The position numbers and the translations under genes are program-made. From Thermodesulfobacteriota bacterium (GTDB taxonomy: Bacteria; Desulfobacterota; Desulfobacteria; Desulfobacterales; SURF-7), in assembly GCA_049320885.1 (NCBI GenBank), contig JBMORA010000030.1:32001-96000 (forward strand): a stretch of 64,000 nucleotides of DNA, read 5' to 3'. This document shows, in pieces, positions 10,455 to 21,972 of this stretch (its first letter is position 1; each line of letters opens with the position of its first letter). A model generated the notes under the pieces. That model did no database searches and was not told the origin of the DNA. It worked only from the letters and a program-made list of their open reading frames with translations.

Positions 10455-11993
10455 ATGACGGACAAACTGATCATTTTTGATACGACCCTGAGGGATGGCG
10501 AACAGTCTCCGGGCGCCAGCATGAATACGGCGGAAAAACTCCGGCTGGCGATGCAATTGGAAAAAATGGGTATCGATGTCATCGAAGCCGGATTTCCGGC
10601 TGCCTCCCAGGGGGATTTTGAAGCGGTTTCGCAAATTGCCGGCAAACTGAAGGGTTGCGAAATCGCGGCCCTGGCCAGAACATCCAAAGCGGATATCGAT
10701 TGCGCCTGGAAAGCCATTTCCCACGCGGCCAAACCCAGAATCCACACCTTCATCGCCACTTCCGACATTCACATGAAATACAAGCTGAACATGAGTCGCG
10801 AGCAGGTGATTCAGACCGCCATGGAAGGCGTACGATATGCCAGATCATTGACCGATAATGTGGAATTTTCCGCCGAGGACGGTTCCCGGAGTGATCCGGA
10901 ATTTCTGTGTCAAGTCTTCGCCGCGGCCATTGATGCCGGCGCCAGAACCCTGAATCTGCCGGATACGGTTGGCTATGCGATTCCCCGGGAATTCGCCGAT
11001 CTGGTCCGGTATGTGATGACCCACACCCCCAATATCGGCAAGGCCGTTCTGAGCGTTCATTGCCATAACGATCTGGGGCTGGCGACGGCAAATACCCTCG
11101 CCGCGGTGAGCGCCGGAGCTCGTCAGGTGGAGGTCACCATCAACGGTATCGGCGAACGGGCAGGCAACACCTCCATGGAGGAGGTCGTCATGTCCATCCA
11201 CACCCGTCCGAATTTCTTCCCGGTCCATTCCCGGATCGACACGACGTTGATTCACCCCACCAGCCGGTTGGTCAGCATGATCACCGGGATTATGGTGCAG
11301 CCGAACAAGGCGATCGTCGGAGCCAATGCTTTTGCCCATGAAGCGGGAATCCACCAGGACGGCGTGCTCAAGAATCCCATGACCTATGAAATCATGCGGC
11401 CAGAAATCATCGGCCTTTCCAGCAACAAGCTGATTCTCGGAAAACATTCCGGACGCCATGCCTTGAGATCCCATCTAAAGGAGATGGGCTATGAACTCTC
11501 GGATGAAGAACTGCAACTGGTTTTCACCAAATTCAAAGAATTGGCCGACAAGAAAAAGCATGTCATGGATGAGGACCTGGAAGCCCTCGTAACGGAAGGG
11601 ATTCTGCGGGGCGTCGACATTTTCGGCCTGGAATATCTGCACGTCAGCAGCGGCACAACCATCCGGCCGATCGCCAGCGTGAAAATGTCCATCAACGGCC
11701 GGAGTGTTGAAGGCACCGCTTATGGCAACGGTCCCATTGACGCCGCATTTAACGCCATTTCCCAGCTTACCGGTTCACGGTCCGAGCTGCTGCGCTTCTC
11801 CATTGCGGCTTTGACCGGCGGCACGGACGCCCAGGGCGAAGTCACGGTTCGATTGGGGGAAAACGGCCTAATCGCCATCGGAAGAGGAGCGGATTCGGAT
11901 ATTATCACGGCGAGCGCCAAAGCCTATATCAACGGTCTGAACCGGTTGGAATATCTGAAGGCGCACCCCTTCACCGCCTCGGAAGTCCTGTAG
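10455..11993 (+). CDS. leuA: 2-isopropylmalate synthase
   Basis: FDTTLRDGEQSPG, HCHNDLG, GIGERAGN and HEAGIHQDG motifs. Confidence 0.96.
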   Translation: MTDKLIIFDTTLRDGEQSPGASMNTAEKLRLAMQLEKMGIDVIEAGFPAASQGDFEAVSQIAGKLKGCEIAALARTSKADIDCAWKAISHAAKPRIHTFIATSDIHMKYKLNMSREQVIQTAMEGVRYARSLTDNVEFSAEDGSRSDPEFLCQVFAAAIDAGARTLNLPDTVGYAIPREFADLVRYVMTHTPNIGKAVLSVHCHNDLGLATANTLAAVSAGARQVEVTINGIGERAGNTSMEEVVMSIHTRPNFFPVHSRIDTTLIHPTSRLVSMITGIMVQPNKAIVGANAFAHEAGIHQDGVLKNPMTYEIMRPEIIGLSSNKLILGKHSGRHALRSHLKEMGYELSDEELQLVFTKFKELADKKKHVMDEDLEALVTEGILRGVDIFGLEYLHVSSGTTIRPIASVKMSINGRSVEGTAYGNGPIDAAFNAISQLTGSRSELLRFSIAALTGGTDAQGEVTVRLGENGLIAIGRGADSDIITASAKAYINGLNRLEYLKAHPFTASEVL

Positions 11994-12043
11994 GAGTGAT
12001 CTTGCGGGGAACCGGGGGGTCGGTCTGAGACTTCCCGTGGTGT

Positions 12044-12077
12044 CCGGCTGCTGTCCCGGCATGAGGACAGCAGCCGG
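12044..12077. terminator. Stem-loop between convergent genes
   Basis: CCGGCTGCTGTCC ... GGACAGCAGCCGG, a 13-bp stem with no clear U-tract. Confidence 0.5.
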
Positions 12078-12098
12078 CTGCCAATGGGAATATATGGT

Positions 12099-12662
12099 CT
12101 ATTTGCCGAGCATCGCCTGCTTCAGATCTTCCTGAGCCGGTTCTTCACCCAACCAGATGGCAAACAGGGGTTTTTTGAAATCAAGCCCTTTGATCGTGCT
12201 AAGCATGCGGCCGTTCTTGAAAACGCTGACACCCTCTTCCGGCACATACACGAAATCGAACACATCATCCTGCTTGTATTCGCCCTTCATGACGGCGATC
12301 ATCTTATCGATCCGTGACTGGATGGGAGCAAGATTTCCCTTGGTTGCTTTTTCAAAGCCTTCCCGAAGGGCGTCTTCCATTTTTTTATCATTCATCAGGC
12401 CGGAAATGATGTGGACCTTGATGGCCATGGATTCGTCGGCTTCAATCAGTTTGGTCGCATCCTGGGTTTTGGCTTTGGTATACAGCCCGCCAGCATAAAT
12501 ATCCATGAACCATTTGACGCGCAAACCACCGCCGTTTAGGACCAGGGTATCATTCCCCGCAGCAAGGGAGTCCGGTAGATTTTTACCACCGATTTCCTTC
12601 GCCATGGCCACACCGGTTACCAGCAACATTGCCATCATTACCAACGCCATCTTTTTCATCAT
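12099..12662 (-). CDS. Exported chalcone-isomerase-like protein
   Basis: Signal peptide; LVLNGGGLRVKWFMDIYAGGLY and FAIWLGEEP motifs. Confidence 0.85.
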   Translation of the reverse strand: MMKKMALVMMAMLLVTGVAMAKEIGGKNLPDSLAAGNDTLVLNGGGLRVKWFMDIYAGGLYTKAKTQDATKLIEADESMAIKVHIISGLMNDKKMEDALREGFEKATKGNLAPIQSRIDKMIAVMKGEYKQDDVFDFVYVPEEGVSVFKNGRMLSTIKGLDFKKPLFAIWLGEEPAQEDLKQAMLGK

Positions 12663-12964
12663 CTTGCACCTCTCTCCTTTGGTTGAATGTTTTCTAAAAA
12701 ACACCCGTTCAATTAATTAAACAACGCTTCGGCCTAAATATTGTGTTCGCTCATAACATTAATTTCGGCATTTTTCCAGTTCTGAATATGCTTTTTTTTT
12801 TGAGTATGTTTTTTACCGATTTGGTTTTTCCTTGACAAAACCGCCCGGACTTATCTACCATCGTTCCGCTTTTGAAACATCGATTCGTATCATTACCGGC
12901 AGGATGCTCTTTCAATTGAATTACCATTGATCTTTAACCGTGCAAGTGGATTGGGAGGTTCAGT

Positions 12965-13723
12965 ATGCGTAAACTCGTATCGGTCAGGTTGCTTTTCGGC
13001 ATGATGCTCTTGGGATGTCTGCTACTGGTACCCGGGTTCCTGTTGGCGGCCGATTATGCGGCCATTGACGCCCTGGATGATGAAGTCACCATCGATAACT
13101 ACAAGCAGGCCATCACGCTTTGCGAGAAAGCGCTTGCCGAGAATCCGAATGATTTTGAAGCCGCCTGGCGTTGCGCAAGAGCCTATCGCTGGTACGGGGA
13201 GCTGTCAAAACGCGCCCAGGTGGAGGGTTGGAAGGATATTTGCGCGAAATACGGGAAGGACGGAATGAATATGGCTCAGAAAGCCATTGATCAGCAACCG
13301 AATAAACCCGATGGATATTATTGGTATGCATTGAACGTGGGGATTTATTCAGACGGCGTCAGCATTCTCACCGCCCTGAAAGAAGGCCTGAAGAACAAAA
13401 CCCAGGAAAGTTTTGAAAAAGTATACGCCACCGATAAACTATATGAAGAAGCCGGCAGCATTTTAGGCCTGGGCCGTTTCTGGGCCGTGTTGCCCTGGCC
13501 GCTCAATGACAAGGACTTGTCCCTGAAATACTACCGCGAATATCAGAAAACGGAATTTTTCGGCCAAAAAGCGGAAGGCCCGATCTATCTCGCCGAACTG
13601 CTCATTCAAATGGGAGGGGATGAAAACAAGGCCGAGGCCAAATCCCTTCTCCAGGAAAAGCTAAAAACCGACAGCAAATACTTCCTGGACTGGAAAGACA
13701 GACTGCTCAAGGATGCCGAATAA
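12965..13723 (+). CDS. Exported TPR-like helical protein
   Basis: Signal peptide; repeated helical motifs (WRCARAY, GYYWYA, LGRFW..LPWP). Confidence 0.7.
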   Translation: MRKLVSVRLLFGMMLLGCLLLVPGFLLAADYAAIDALDDEVTIDNYKQAITLCEKALAENPNDFEAAWRCARAYRWYGELSKRAQVEGWKDICAKYGKDGMNMAQKAIDQQPNKPDGYYWYALNVGIYSDGVSILTALKEGLKNKTQESFEKVYATDKLYEEAGSILGLGRFWAVLPWPLNDKDLSLKYYREYQKTEFFGQKAEGPIYLAELLIQMGGDENKAEAKSLLQEKLKTDSKYFLDWKDRLLKDAE

Positions 13724-13751
13724 ACGGCATGGTGGTGCCATATTGAATGAT

Positions 13752-13786
13752 GAGCGCCTTTTCGCCATGAAAAGGCGCTCGTTTTT
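13752..13786. terminator. Intrinsic terminator between convergent genes
   Basis: GAGCGCCTTTTC-gccat-GAAAAGGCGCTC-gTTTTT. Confidence 0.8.
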
Positions 13787-13795
13787 CCGGTCGGT

Positions 13796-14734
13796 TCAGA
13801 CGGACAAGGTGCCCACCAGATCCGCAAGCCGTGGAATGCCTTGTTCCTGAAGATAACCGGTTATCCCATCGAGAATTTCCATTGTCGCGGCCGGGTTCAT
13901 GAAATTGGCCGTTCCAATCTGGACGGCCGCCGCGCCGGCGATAAAAAATTCCAGCGCATCCATGGCGGTCACGATTCCACCGATGCCCACCACCGGAATC
14001 TTGACGGCCGAAACCGCCTGCCAGACCATTCTCAGGGCCACCGGTTTGATGGCCGGCCCGGATAGTCCGCCCGTGATGTTGGCCAGTTTCGGCTTGCGTG
14101 TCCTTACGTCGATGGCCATTCCGGTAATCGTGTTGATCAAGGAAAGGCCGTTCGCACCGCCGTCTTCGGCGCTCCGGGCGATTTCAACGATGTCGCTGAC
14201 ATTGGGCGATAGTTTGATCAGCAGTGGTTTGCCCGTCTTTTTTCTCACCGCGCTTACAACTTCATGCACGGATTTCGGGTTCACGCCAAAGGCCACACCG
14301 CCGGCTTTCACATTCGGACAGGAGATATTCACTTCAATCGCCCGGATGTCATCCTCGGCGTCTATTCTCTCCGCCAGGGCGACATATTCGTCGATGGTTT
14401 TTCCATAGATATTGGCGATGACGGGGGGCGCCAATTTTCGCAGAAAAGGCAGTTTGTCGCGGATAAACGCCTCGATGCCGATATTTTCCAGACCGATGGC
14501 ATTCAACATCCCGCAGGCGGTCTCAACGATCCGGGGGGGCTTATTCCCGGCGGAAGGCATAAGGGACAGGCCTTTCACGATAATGGCGCCCAACCGGTTC
14601 AGATCGATCAAGGGGGCGAATTCTTCCCCGTAGCCGAAAGTGCCGGAGGCGGTCAAAATCGGATTTCTCAGTCTCAGACCTCCGATATCAGTGGTTACAT
14701 CCGGCGCGACTTGTTTATCCTGTTCTGTATTCAA
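13796..14734 (-). CDS. pyrD: Dihydroorotate dehydrogenase, class 1B catalytic subunit
   Basis: ASGTFGYG, NAIGLEN, EVNISCPNV, KLSPNV and GGLSGPAIKP motifs. Confidence 0.95.
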   Translation of the reverse strand: MNTEQDKQVAPDVTTDIGGLRLRNPILTASGTFGYGEEFAPLIDLNRLGAIIVKGLSLMPSAGNKPPRIVETACGMLNAIGLENIGIEAFIRDKLPFLRKLAPPVIANIYGKTIDEYVALAERIDAEDDIRAIEVNISCPNVKAGGVAFGVNPKSVHEVVSAVRKKTGKPLLIKLSPNVSDIVEIARSAEDGGANGLSLINTITGMAIDVRTRKPKLANITGGLSGPAIKPVALRMVWQAVSAVKIPVVGIGGIVTAMDALEFFIAGAAAVQIGTANFMNPAATMEILDGITGYLQEQGIPRLADLVGTLSV

Positions 14735-14755
14735 CGGCGTCGATTCCTGTTCTTC

Positions 14756-15856
14756 TCATGTATGGGATTCCTGCACCGATCCGGAACGAACGGCGGAATC
14801 GCTGGTTGCGAGCAATCCCGCTTTCCGGGCCTTGCCCATGATGATCACGGCATACAGTGTCTGAAAAATCAAATACGGGATGAAAACGAGCAGCCTTCTG
14901 CCGCCTTCAATGGTTACCAGGTAGCAAGCGCCGGCCCCCTGAACCATGCAGACGGCGAAATGGAAACTACTGACGAAGACATGGCCGGACCCGAGTTGGT
15001 TGAACAGCTGATACAGATGCGTCCGATGGGCGGCAAAGACGTTTTCCCGCCGGAGCAACCGGCGGATGAAGGTGAAAGAAGTATCGAAAATAAAATGGAA
15101 CAACAGCAGCGGCATCACCAGAAAGGAGGTATGAGCGGATTCATGCGCCGCCCCGATGATGGCCAGGGTGGCGAACACGAATCCGAGGAAGGCGCTGCCC
15201 ACATCCCCCATGAACAGCCGCGCTCCGGGAAAATTGAAGACCAGAAATCCCAGCGATCCGGCAATCAGCGAATAGCCGATGATATACACGACCGTGCTCC
15301 CCTGCTGATAACTGACGAAACTGAAAAAAGATGCGGCGATAACGGCCGTTCCGGCGGCCATGCCGTTGAGACCGTCCATGAAATTATAGGCGTTGGTGAG
15401 GCCCAGGATCCACAGGCAAGAGATCAGCCAGCCCAAGGGACCAGTCTTCATCCGGCCGAATCCCGGCAGGGAGATTTCGGTCAGGACAAGGCCGAAATAC
15501 ATCAACACCGCAACCGCCGCCATCTGTCCCGCCAGTTTCACGAAAAACGGCCCGCTGCGGATATCGTCGTACAGGGAGATCGCGGCGATCAACACGGCCG
15601 CCAGAACAAATCCCACAAAAGCCCCTCCCCCGATCGGCAGGGATTCCCCGAAGCCGACAATCGCGGCGACGCCGATAAGAAAAGCCGACACCAGCGCGAC
15701 GCCGCCGGATTTGGGGACCGGTCTGTCATGGGAGGAGCGTTCGTTGGGAATATCCATGATCCGCAGGCGCCGGATGATCAGCATGCAGATGCCGCAGGAA
15801 AGGAAAAACAGAAAAGCGGCCAGCAGGAAATGGATGGAAAAGGTATCTCGCGTCAT
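14756..15856 (-). CDS. MraY/WecA-family polyprenyl-phosphate HexNAc-1-P transferase
   Basis: PNERSSH..P.P.SGG, DD, NAYNFMDGLNG and FMGDVGS motifs; many TM helices. Confidence 0.9.
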   Translation of the reverse strand: MTRDTFSIHFLLAAFLFFLSCGICMLIIRRLRIMDIPNERSSHDRPVPKSGGVALVSAFLIGVAAIVGFGESLPIGGGAFVGFVLAAVLIAAISLYDDIRSGPFFVKLAGQMAAVAVLMYFGLVLTEISLPGFGRMKTGPLGWLISCLWILGLTNAYNFMDGLNGMAAGTAVIAASFFSFVSYQQGSTVVYIIGYSLIAGSLGFLVFNFPGARLFMGDVGSAFLGFVFATLAIIGAAHESAHTSFLVMPLLLFHFIFDTSFTFIRRLLRRENVFAAHRTHLYQLFNQLGSGHVFVSSFHFAVCMVQGAGACYLVTIEGGRRLLVFIPYLIFQTLYAVIIMGKARKAGLLATSDSAVRSGSVQESHT

Positions 15857-15866
15857 GCAGCCCGGT

Positions 15867-16856
15867 TTATCCGCTGAAAGAAGGCGGGACGGTTTCAAAA
15901 ACCCGGTTTTCCAGACACCATGCATATGTGCGGCCGATACCGTCCCGCAAGGGAGTTCCCGCAGTCCATCCCATGGCGTTCATGCGGCTGACATCCAGCA
16001 ATTTTCTGGGGGTGCCGTCCGGCTTGCTGCGATCATAGCGGATCTCTCCGGCAAAGCCGGCAATTCCCCGAATCATCTCCGCCAGCTCCCGGATGGTGAG
16101 ATCCATGCCGACCCCGATGTTGACAAGCGGCGCAGGACTTGCGTGGACCAGACGGGTGTAGGTCTCGTCATCCAGATTCATGAGAAACACACAACCTTCA
16201 GCGAGATCGTCGACAAACAGAAATTCGCGGCGGGGGGTTCCGGTGCCCCAGATTTCCACGACCGTTTTTTGTTGCTCCCTGGCTTCATGGAAACGCCGGA
16301 TCAGGGCCGGCAGCACATGGCTGTTCTCCGGATGGAAATTGTCGAACGGGCCGAAGAGATTGGTGGGCATGACGGATAGATAGCGGGTGCCGTATTGGCG
16401 GTTATAGGACTGGCACATCTTGATACCGGCAATTTTGGCCACGGCATAGGGTTCGTTGGTCTGCTCCAGGGACCCGGTGAGCAGATATTCCTCCCGCATG
16501 GGCTGGGGGCATTCCCGGGGATAGATGCAGGAAGAACCCAGGAAGAGCAGCCGGGTTACGCCCGCCTTCCAGGCGGCATGGATCACATTGGTCTGAATCA
16601 TCAGGTTGATGTAGATGAATTCCGCCGGATAGTTGTTGTTGGCCAGGATGCCGCCGACCTTGGCCGCGGCCAAAAACACGTATTCCGGCTTTTCCCGGGC
16701 GAAAAAAGCGTCCACCTCCGCCTGGCGGGTCAAATCGAGTTCCGCGCTGTCGCGGACCAGCAGATCGGTATATCCCCGGCCGGCGAGCGCGCGGTGCAAG
16801 GCGCTGCCCACCAGTCCCTTGTGTCCGGCGATATAGATTCGGGCGTTTTGTTTCAT
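15867..16856 (-). CDS. fcl: GDP-L-fucose synthase
   Basis: [27 protein letters not shown] and YAVAK motifs. Confidence 0.95.
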   Translation of the reverse strand: MKQNARIYIAGHKGLVGSALHRALAGRGYTDLLVRDSAELDLTRQAEVDAFFAREKPEYVFLAAAKVGGILANNNYPAEFIYINLMIQTNVIHAAWKAGVTRLLFLGSSCIYPRECPQPMREEYLLTGSLEQTNEPYAVAKIAGIKMCQSYNRQYGTRYLSVMPTNLFGPFDNFHPENSHVLPALIRRFHEAREQQKTVVEIWGTGTPRREFLFVDDLAEGCVFLMNLDDETYTRLVHASPAPLVNIGVGMDLTIRELAEMIRGIAGFAGEIRYDRSKPDGTPRKLLDVSRMNAMGWTAGTPLRDGIGRTYAWCLENRVFETVPPSFSG

Positions 16857-16874
16857 GACTCCTCGTGCCGACAA

Positions 16875-18035
16875 TCACATATTGGCCTCAAAGCTGTTCG
16901 GGACGGCATATCCGGTTCGGCGGCAGATATCCTCCCGGGAGGCTTCCGTTAAATCATGGGTCACCATTTCCAGGATCATCTCCTGAAAACTGATCTCCGG
17001 TTTCCAGCCGAGTTTTTCCTTTGCCTTGGTGGGATCGCCCAGCAGGGTGGCCACTTCCGTGGGGCGGAAATAGCGGGGATCGACGGATACCAGGGTCCGA
17101 CCTTTCTTCAGACGCCGGCAGCCGCCAGCCCGGTCGTGCTTTTCCAGCAATTCGGTGGGCGTCACATCCGCTACGATCCCTTTTTCCTCTACCCCCTCGC
17201 CCCGCCATTCGAGTTGAATGCCCAGGGCATGAAAAGCCAGGGTGCAGAATTCCCGTACCGAATGTTGTTCGCCGGTGGCGATGACGTAATCGTCGGGTTC
17301 TTCCTGCTGCAGGATCAGCCACTGGGCTTTGATGAAATCCCGGGCATGCCCCCAGTCCCGCAAGGCATTCAGGTTGCCCAGGTACAGCCCGTCTTCCATT
17401 CCCAGCGCTATTCTCGCCGCCGCTCTTGTAATTTTGCGGGTTACGAAGGTTTCACCCCGGATGGGCGATTCATGATTGAACAGAATCCCGTTGCAGGCGA
17501 ACATGTCATACGCCTCCCGGTAATTGATGGTGCACCAGTAGCCGTACAATTTGGCGCAGGCATAGGGAGAACGGGGATAGAATGGCGTCTTTTCATTTTG
17601 CGGAACCGCTTGCACCTTGCCGTATAATTCCGAGGTGGAAGCCTGGTAGAATCGGATTTTTTTCACCAGATCCAGCATCCGGATGGCTTCCAGGATCCGA
17701 AGCGTCCCGAGGGCGTCGGTATTGGCCGTGTATTCCGGCGCCTCAAAGGAGACTTTGACATGGCTCTGGGCCGCCAGATTGTAAATTTCATCCGGTTGCA
17801 CTGTCTGGATAATCCGAATGATGTTGGTTGCGTCTGTTAAATCTCCGTAATATAATGATAAATTACGTTTCTCAACATGGGGGTCCTGGTACAGATGATC
17901 AATTCGCTGGGTGTTGAAAAGGGAAGACCGGCGCTTGATGCCGTGGACTTCATATCCTTTGCCCAGCAGGAATTCCGCCAGATAGGCGCCATCCTGTCCT
18001 GTGATTCCCGTCAGTAAGGCTTTTTTTTTCGCCAA
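16875..18035 (-). CDS. gmd: GDP-mannose 4,6-dehydratase
   Basis: [25 protein letters not shown] and FNHESP motifs. Confidence 0.96.
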   Translation of the reverse strand: MAKKKALLTGITGQDGAYLAEFLLGKGYEVHGIKRRSSLFNTQRIDHLYQDPHVEKRNLSLYYGDLTDATNIIRIIQTVQPDEIYNLAAQSHVKVSFEAPEYTANTDALGTLRILEAIRMLDLVKKIRFYQASTSELYGKVQAVPQNEKTPFYPRSPYACAKLYGYWCTINYREAYDMFACNGILFNHESPIRGETFVTRKITRAAARIALGMEDGLYLGNLNALRDWGHARDFIKAQWLILQQEEPDDYVIATGEQHSVREFCTLAFHALGIQLEWRGEGVEEKGIVADVTPTELLEKHDRAGGCRRLKKGRTLVSVDPRYFRPTEVATLLGDPTKAKEKLGWKPEISFQEMILEMVTHDLTEASREDICRRTGYAVPNSFEANM

Positions 18036-18067
18036 GGTTTTGGTCTCCTGTTGCTTCTTGAGCAGGG

Positions 18068-19450
18068 TTAAAAATGGGTCAACGCCGGCTTCCCGATGGG
18101 GTAGACATTAAAGCCGATTTGAAAAAGCGCCTGATGATCCACAATATTCCGGCCGTCAAACAGAAAAGCCGGTTGATGCATGCTGCGGAATATTTTTCGG
18201 AAATCCAAGTTTTTATAGAGATCCCATTCGGTCACAATGGCAATGGCGTGGCTGCCTTGCGCCGCTTCGTAGGGATCCGTCACATAGCGGATCCGGCCTT
18301 TGAATCCGCTCAGGTCATTTTTGGCATTCTGCAGGGCCTGGGGATCGGAAATCACCAGTTCGGCATTCTCCTCCAGCAGTTTCTTGGCGATGAAGAATGC
18401 CGGCGTCTCCCGGGTATCACCGGTATTGGCCTTGAAGGCAAAGCCGAACAGGCAGATTCTTTTCTCAGCCAGGGTATTGAACATGGCTTTCAGCATGTTC
18501 AATACAAAACGTTCCTTTTGATATTCATTTATCTTTACGACACTTTCCCAGTAATCGGCCACCGGATTCAATCCATAGGTCCGGCACAGATAGACCAGGT
18601 TGAGGATATCTTTTTTAAAACAGGAGCCGCCGAAACCAACGCTGGCGTTCAGGAATTTTTTCCCGATGCGGGTATCCATGCCGATTGCTCGGGCCACTTC
18701 ATTGACATCGGCATCGGTTTTCTCACACAAATCCGAAATGGCGTTGATGGAAGAAATCCTTTGGGCCAGAAAGGCGTTGGCCACCAGCTTCGAGAGCTCG
18801 CTGCTCCAGATATTGGAGGTGATGATCCGATCCCTGGGCACCCAGTTGGCGTATATCTCCACCAGCTCGTGCATGGCCTGCCGCCCGCTTTCCGTCTGGG
18901 AGGCCCCGATGAGAACCCGGTCCGGGTTTTCCAGATCCGCCATGGCCGTACCTTCAGCCAGAAACTCCGGATTGGAAAGCACTTCGAAATGAATCCGGCT
19001 GTTGTTGGATTTCAGGATTCTCTCCATGGCCAGGGCTGTTTTCACCGGCAGGGTACTTTTTTCCACGATGATTTTCGGCGAGGAGGAACAATCCAGAATC
19101 TTTCGGGCAGTCTTTTCCCAGTATTGCAGATCGGCCGCCATTCCCGCGCCCACGCCGAACATTTTGGTGGGGGTGTTCACGCTGACGAAGATAATATCCG
19201 CCTGTTGAATGCCGGCTTCGATATCCGTGCTGAAGAAGAGGTTTCTTCCCCGGGCGATTGTGACAATCTCGTTCAGTCCCGGTTCGTAGATGGGCAGTTC
19301 GTCCGAGTTCCATTCCCGGATCCGTGTGGGATTGATGTCCACCACTTCCACCCGGTATTGCGGGCATTTGTAGGCGATCATGGCCATGGTCGGCCCGCCG
19401 ACATATCCGGCGCCGATGCACAATATCCGTTTTTGATACTCCGAGGTCAT
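18068..19450 (-). CDS. ugd: UDP-glucose 6-dehydrogenase
   Basis: [25 protein letters not shown] and GFGGSCF motifs. Confidence 0.94.
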   Translation of the reverse strand: MTSEYQKRILCIGAGYVGGPTMAMIAYKCPQYRVEVVDINPTRIREWNSDELPIYEPGLNEIVTIARGRNLFFSTDIEAGIQQADIIFVSVNTPTKMFGVGAGMAADLQYWEKTARKILDCSSSPKIIVEKSTLPVKTALAMERILKSNNSRIHFEVLSNPEFLAEGTAMADLENPDRVLIGASQTESGRQAMHELVEIYANWVPRDRIITSNIWSSELSKLVANAFLAQRISSINAISDLCEKTDADVNEVARAIGMDTRIGKKFLNASVGFGGSCFKKDILNLVYLCRTYGLNPVADYWESVVKINEYQKERFVLNMLKAMFNTLAEKRICLFGFAFKANTGDTRETPAFFIAKKLLEENAELVISDPQALQNAKNDLSGFKGRIRYVTDPYEAAQGSHAIAIVTEWDLYKNLDFRKIFRSMHQPAFLFDGRNIVDHQALFQIGFNVYPIGKPALTHF

Positions 19451-19675
19451 CTGTTTTTTCCGCATCCTGTCTGATGATGGATCACACGCCAATGAACCGG
19501 TAGGGATATCCAATGGTTTCCCATATAAAGACGAAGTCTTGGCTCAGAATCCATATCAGTGATAATTCTTGAATTCAAGCGCTATTTCTGCTGGCACTTT
19601 CGGGGAGTTCATGGTAATTCGGGCCTGGATGCCCTACAACTGTTCAAAAAACGACGGAATTCGTTTGACGGATGG

Positions 19676-20329
19676 ATGCGTATCGTGACGACCAAAAAAA
19701 CATTTCAAAACCTGTCGCCTTCCAAGCAGGATCGCATCACCCTGGCCGCCATCGAGGAGTTCAGCGAAAAGGGATATGCCGGCGCCAGCATCAACGCCCT
19801 GGTGGATCATCTCGGGATCGCCAAAGGTTCCATCTTTCAATATTTCGGCGATAAAAAAGGATTGTTCTATTTTATTTTCGATACCTGCACCGAAATGGTG
19901 AAGGCCAGACTGCGGATCATCCGCGACCAGACCCGGGACGACCAGCTCTTCTCCCGGCTGGAAAAAAGCCTGACGGCCGGGGTGGCCTTCTTGAGCGAAC
20001 ATCCGCGCATCTACAAGCTGTACCTGCAGGTGTTGTTCGGTTCCAAAATTCCGTTCCGGGACGAAATTCTGCTTTCCCTCCGGAAATACAGCCATGAATA
20101 CCTGCATTCACTGCTTGAATCGGCAAGGGATAAGGGCGAGCTGCGGGAGAACCTGGACATGGACAAGGCCTGCTTCGTCATCGACGCCATCATGGACCGT
20201 TTCCTCCAGGCTCATATGATCCGGCATCTGGACGCCGGCGTCGGCCTGCACCAGGCGGATGATCCCCTCATCCAGGTCTGGATCGCCGAATTGATGGAGA
20301 TCATCCGGCACGGCATCGGCCGGTCGTGA
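19676..20329 (+). CDS. TetR/AcrR-family regulator
   Basis: HTH: EEFSEKGYAGASINALVDHLGIAKGSIFQYFGDK. Confidence 0.9.
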   Translation: MRIVTTKKTFQNLSPSKQDRITLAAIEEFSEKGYAGASINALVDHLGIAKGSIFQYFGDKKGLFYFIFDTCTEMVKARLRIIRDQTRDDQLFSRLEKSLTAGVAFLSEHPRIYKLYLQVLFGSKIPFRDEILLSLRKYSHEYLHSLLESARDKGELRENLDMDKACFVIDAIMDRFLQAHMIRHLDAGVGLHQADDPLIQVWIAELMEIIRHGIGRS

Positions 20330-20350
20330 CCTCCTCATGGGGAGCCGCCT

Positions 20351-21109
20351 ATGACCCATCTTCTCATCTTTTCCGCCGTACAAGCGGAGACAGCCGCCCT
20401 GGAATCCTGTATTCAGGGATCGGAGACGCATGTCATCGGACGCCGGCGGCTGATGTCAGGCCGTCTCGAGGGCCGGGAAATCCGGTTGTTGGTCACCGGA
20501 CCCGGTGCCGCCAACACCCTCCAGGCGGTCACCGCCTGCATCGAACGCGACCCTCCCGCCATGATGATCCAGACGGGAATCGCCGGAGCATTCGGTGAGA
20601 CGCGGCTGCAAGTGGGCGACCTGGCCGTGGCCACCGAGGAAATCGACGTCCAACTGGGCATCGAACCGGAAGCGGAGGATGCCGCGGTCGTCCCGCTTCC
20701 CTTCGCGGTTCTTGCTCATCAGGGCGCGACCGTCACCGGCAGATATCCGCTGCCCTCCCGGCTGGTGGCAACCGCCCTGGACGTTTTACGGCGGCGTTAT
20801 CAGGGACGGGAAGTCCTAATCCAGGCCGGACCCTTTGTCACCGTCGCCACGGTCACGGCAACGGAAAAGCGGGCCAGACGTCTGTTCCATCAATACGGCG
20901 CCTGCATGGAAGCCATGGAAGGCGCCGCGGCGGCCCATTTGTCCCTCCATTATGACATACCCCTTTTGGAAATCCGTGCGGCCAGCAACATGACGGGCCG
21001 GCGTGACCTGACGTCATGGAATATCCCCCTGGCCTGCTCCCGGTGCAGTGAGGCCGTCCGGATTTTTCTTCAGGAGACCGGACCGGAAGCATACGGAGAC
21101 CGACCATGA
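20351..21109 (+). CDS. mqnB: Futalosine hydrolase
   Basis: Nucleoside phosphorylase fold (TGPG, GIAGAF, EAMEGAA, IRAASN) in an mqn cluster. Confidence 0.88.
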   Translation: MTHLLIFSAVQAETAALESCIQGSETHVIGRRRLMSGRLEGREIRLLVTGPGAANTLQAVTACIERDPPAMMIQTGIAGAFGETRLQVGDLAVATEEIDVQLGIEPEAEDAAVVPLPFAVLAHQGATVTGRYPLPSRLVATALDVLRRRYQGREVLIQAGPFVTVATVTATEKRARRLFHQYGACMEAMEGAAAAHLSLHYDIPLLEIRAASNMTGRRDLTSWNIPLACSRCSEAVRIFLQETGPEAYGDRP

Positions 21110-21972
21110 ACCGACGCATTACCCTGGGTTTTTCCACCTGTCCCAACGACACTTTCATTTTCCATGCCCTTGTCCATCAACTGGTCCCCTGCGAGGGGAT
21201 CCGCTTTGCCGCGGAGTTGAAGGACGTGGAATCCCTCAATCAGGAAGCCCGGGCGGAACGCTACGATGTTTCCAAACTGTCCTTCGCAGCCATCGGACGG
21301 TTGCTGGACCGGTACGGTCTGCTGCGAAGCGGCGCGGCCCTGGGACGGGGCTGCGGCCCGCTGCTGGTGGCCCGGCCGGGGACCGTGATCCGGCCCCAAG
21401 CCAGGCAGGTGATCGCCGTCCCGGGCCTCTGGACCACGGCGAACCTACTGCTCGGACTGTTTCTGCCGAAACCGCCCATGGTGATGCCCATGCCCTTTGA
21501 TCTCATCATGCCGAGCGTCCGGGAGGGAAAAGCGGACATGGGCGTCATCATTCATGAAGGCCGCTTCACCTACGGGGAATATGGGCTCGCGGAATTGTGC
21601 GATCTCGGTGCCTGGTGGGAGGAGCGGACATCCTTGCCGATCCCCCTGGGCGGGATCGCCATCCATCGCCGGACGGAGGAACCAATCGGCCGGAAAATCG
21701 AGGAGGCCATCGCCGCCAGCGTCCGGCATGCCAAGCAATTTCCGGAGGCCTCACGGGAATATGTTCACCGGCATGCCCGGGAAATGAGTCCCGCGGTCAT
21801 CCGTCAACACATCTCCCTGTATGTCAATGATTTTTCCATCGATGTGGGGGGGGAAGGCGAAAAGGCCATCCGCCTGCTTTTTGCCAAGGCCGCCGAAAAA
21901 GGCTTGATCCCGCCGCCCAGGGGACCACTGTTCGCTTTTGAAGGCAAGGGCCGTTCCCTGCGGGACAGATAA
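21106..21972 (+). CDS. mqnD: 1,4-dihydroxy-6-naphthoate synthase
   Basis: STCPNDTFIF, GRGCGP, IIHEGRFTY, PIPLG and HISLYVN motifs. Confidence 0.95.
   Translation: MNRRITLGFSTCPNDTFIFHALVHQLVPCEGIRFAAELKDVESLNQEARAERYDVSKLSFAAIGRLLDRYGLLRSGAALGRGCGPLLVARPGTVIRPQARQVIAVPGLWTTANLLLGLFLPKPPMVMPMPFDLIMPSVREGKADMGVIIHEGRFTYGEYGLAELCDLGAWWEERTSLPIPLGGIAIHRRTEEPIGRKIEEAIAASVRHAKQFPEASREYVHRHAREMSPAVIRQHISLYVNDFSIDVGGEGEKAIRLLFAKAAEKGLIPPPRGPLFAFEGKGRSLRDR

Noticed and set aside
18068..19450. Eukaryote-like UDP-glucose dehydrogenase as a sign of inter-domain transfer
   Set aside because: This subtype is known in various bacteria, and codon style matches the host.
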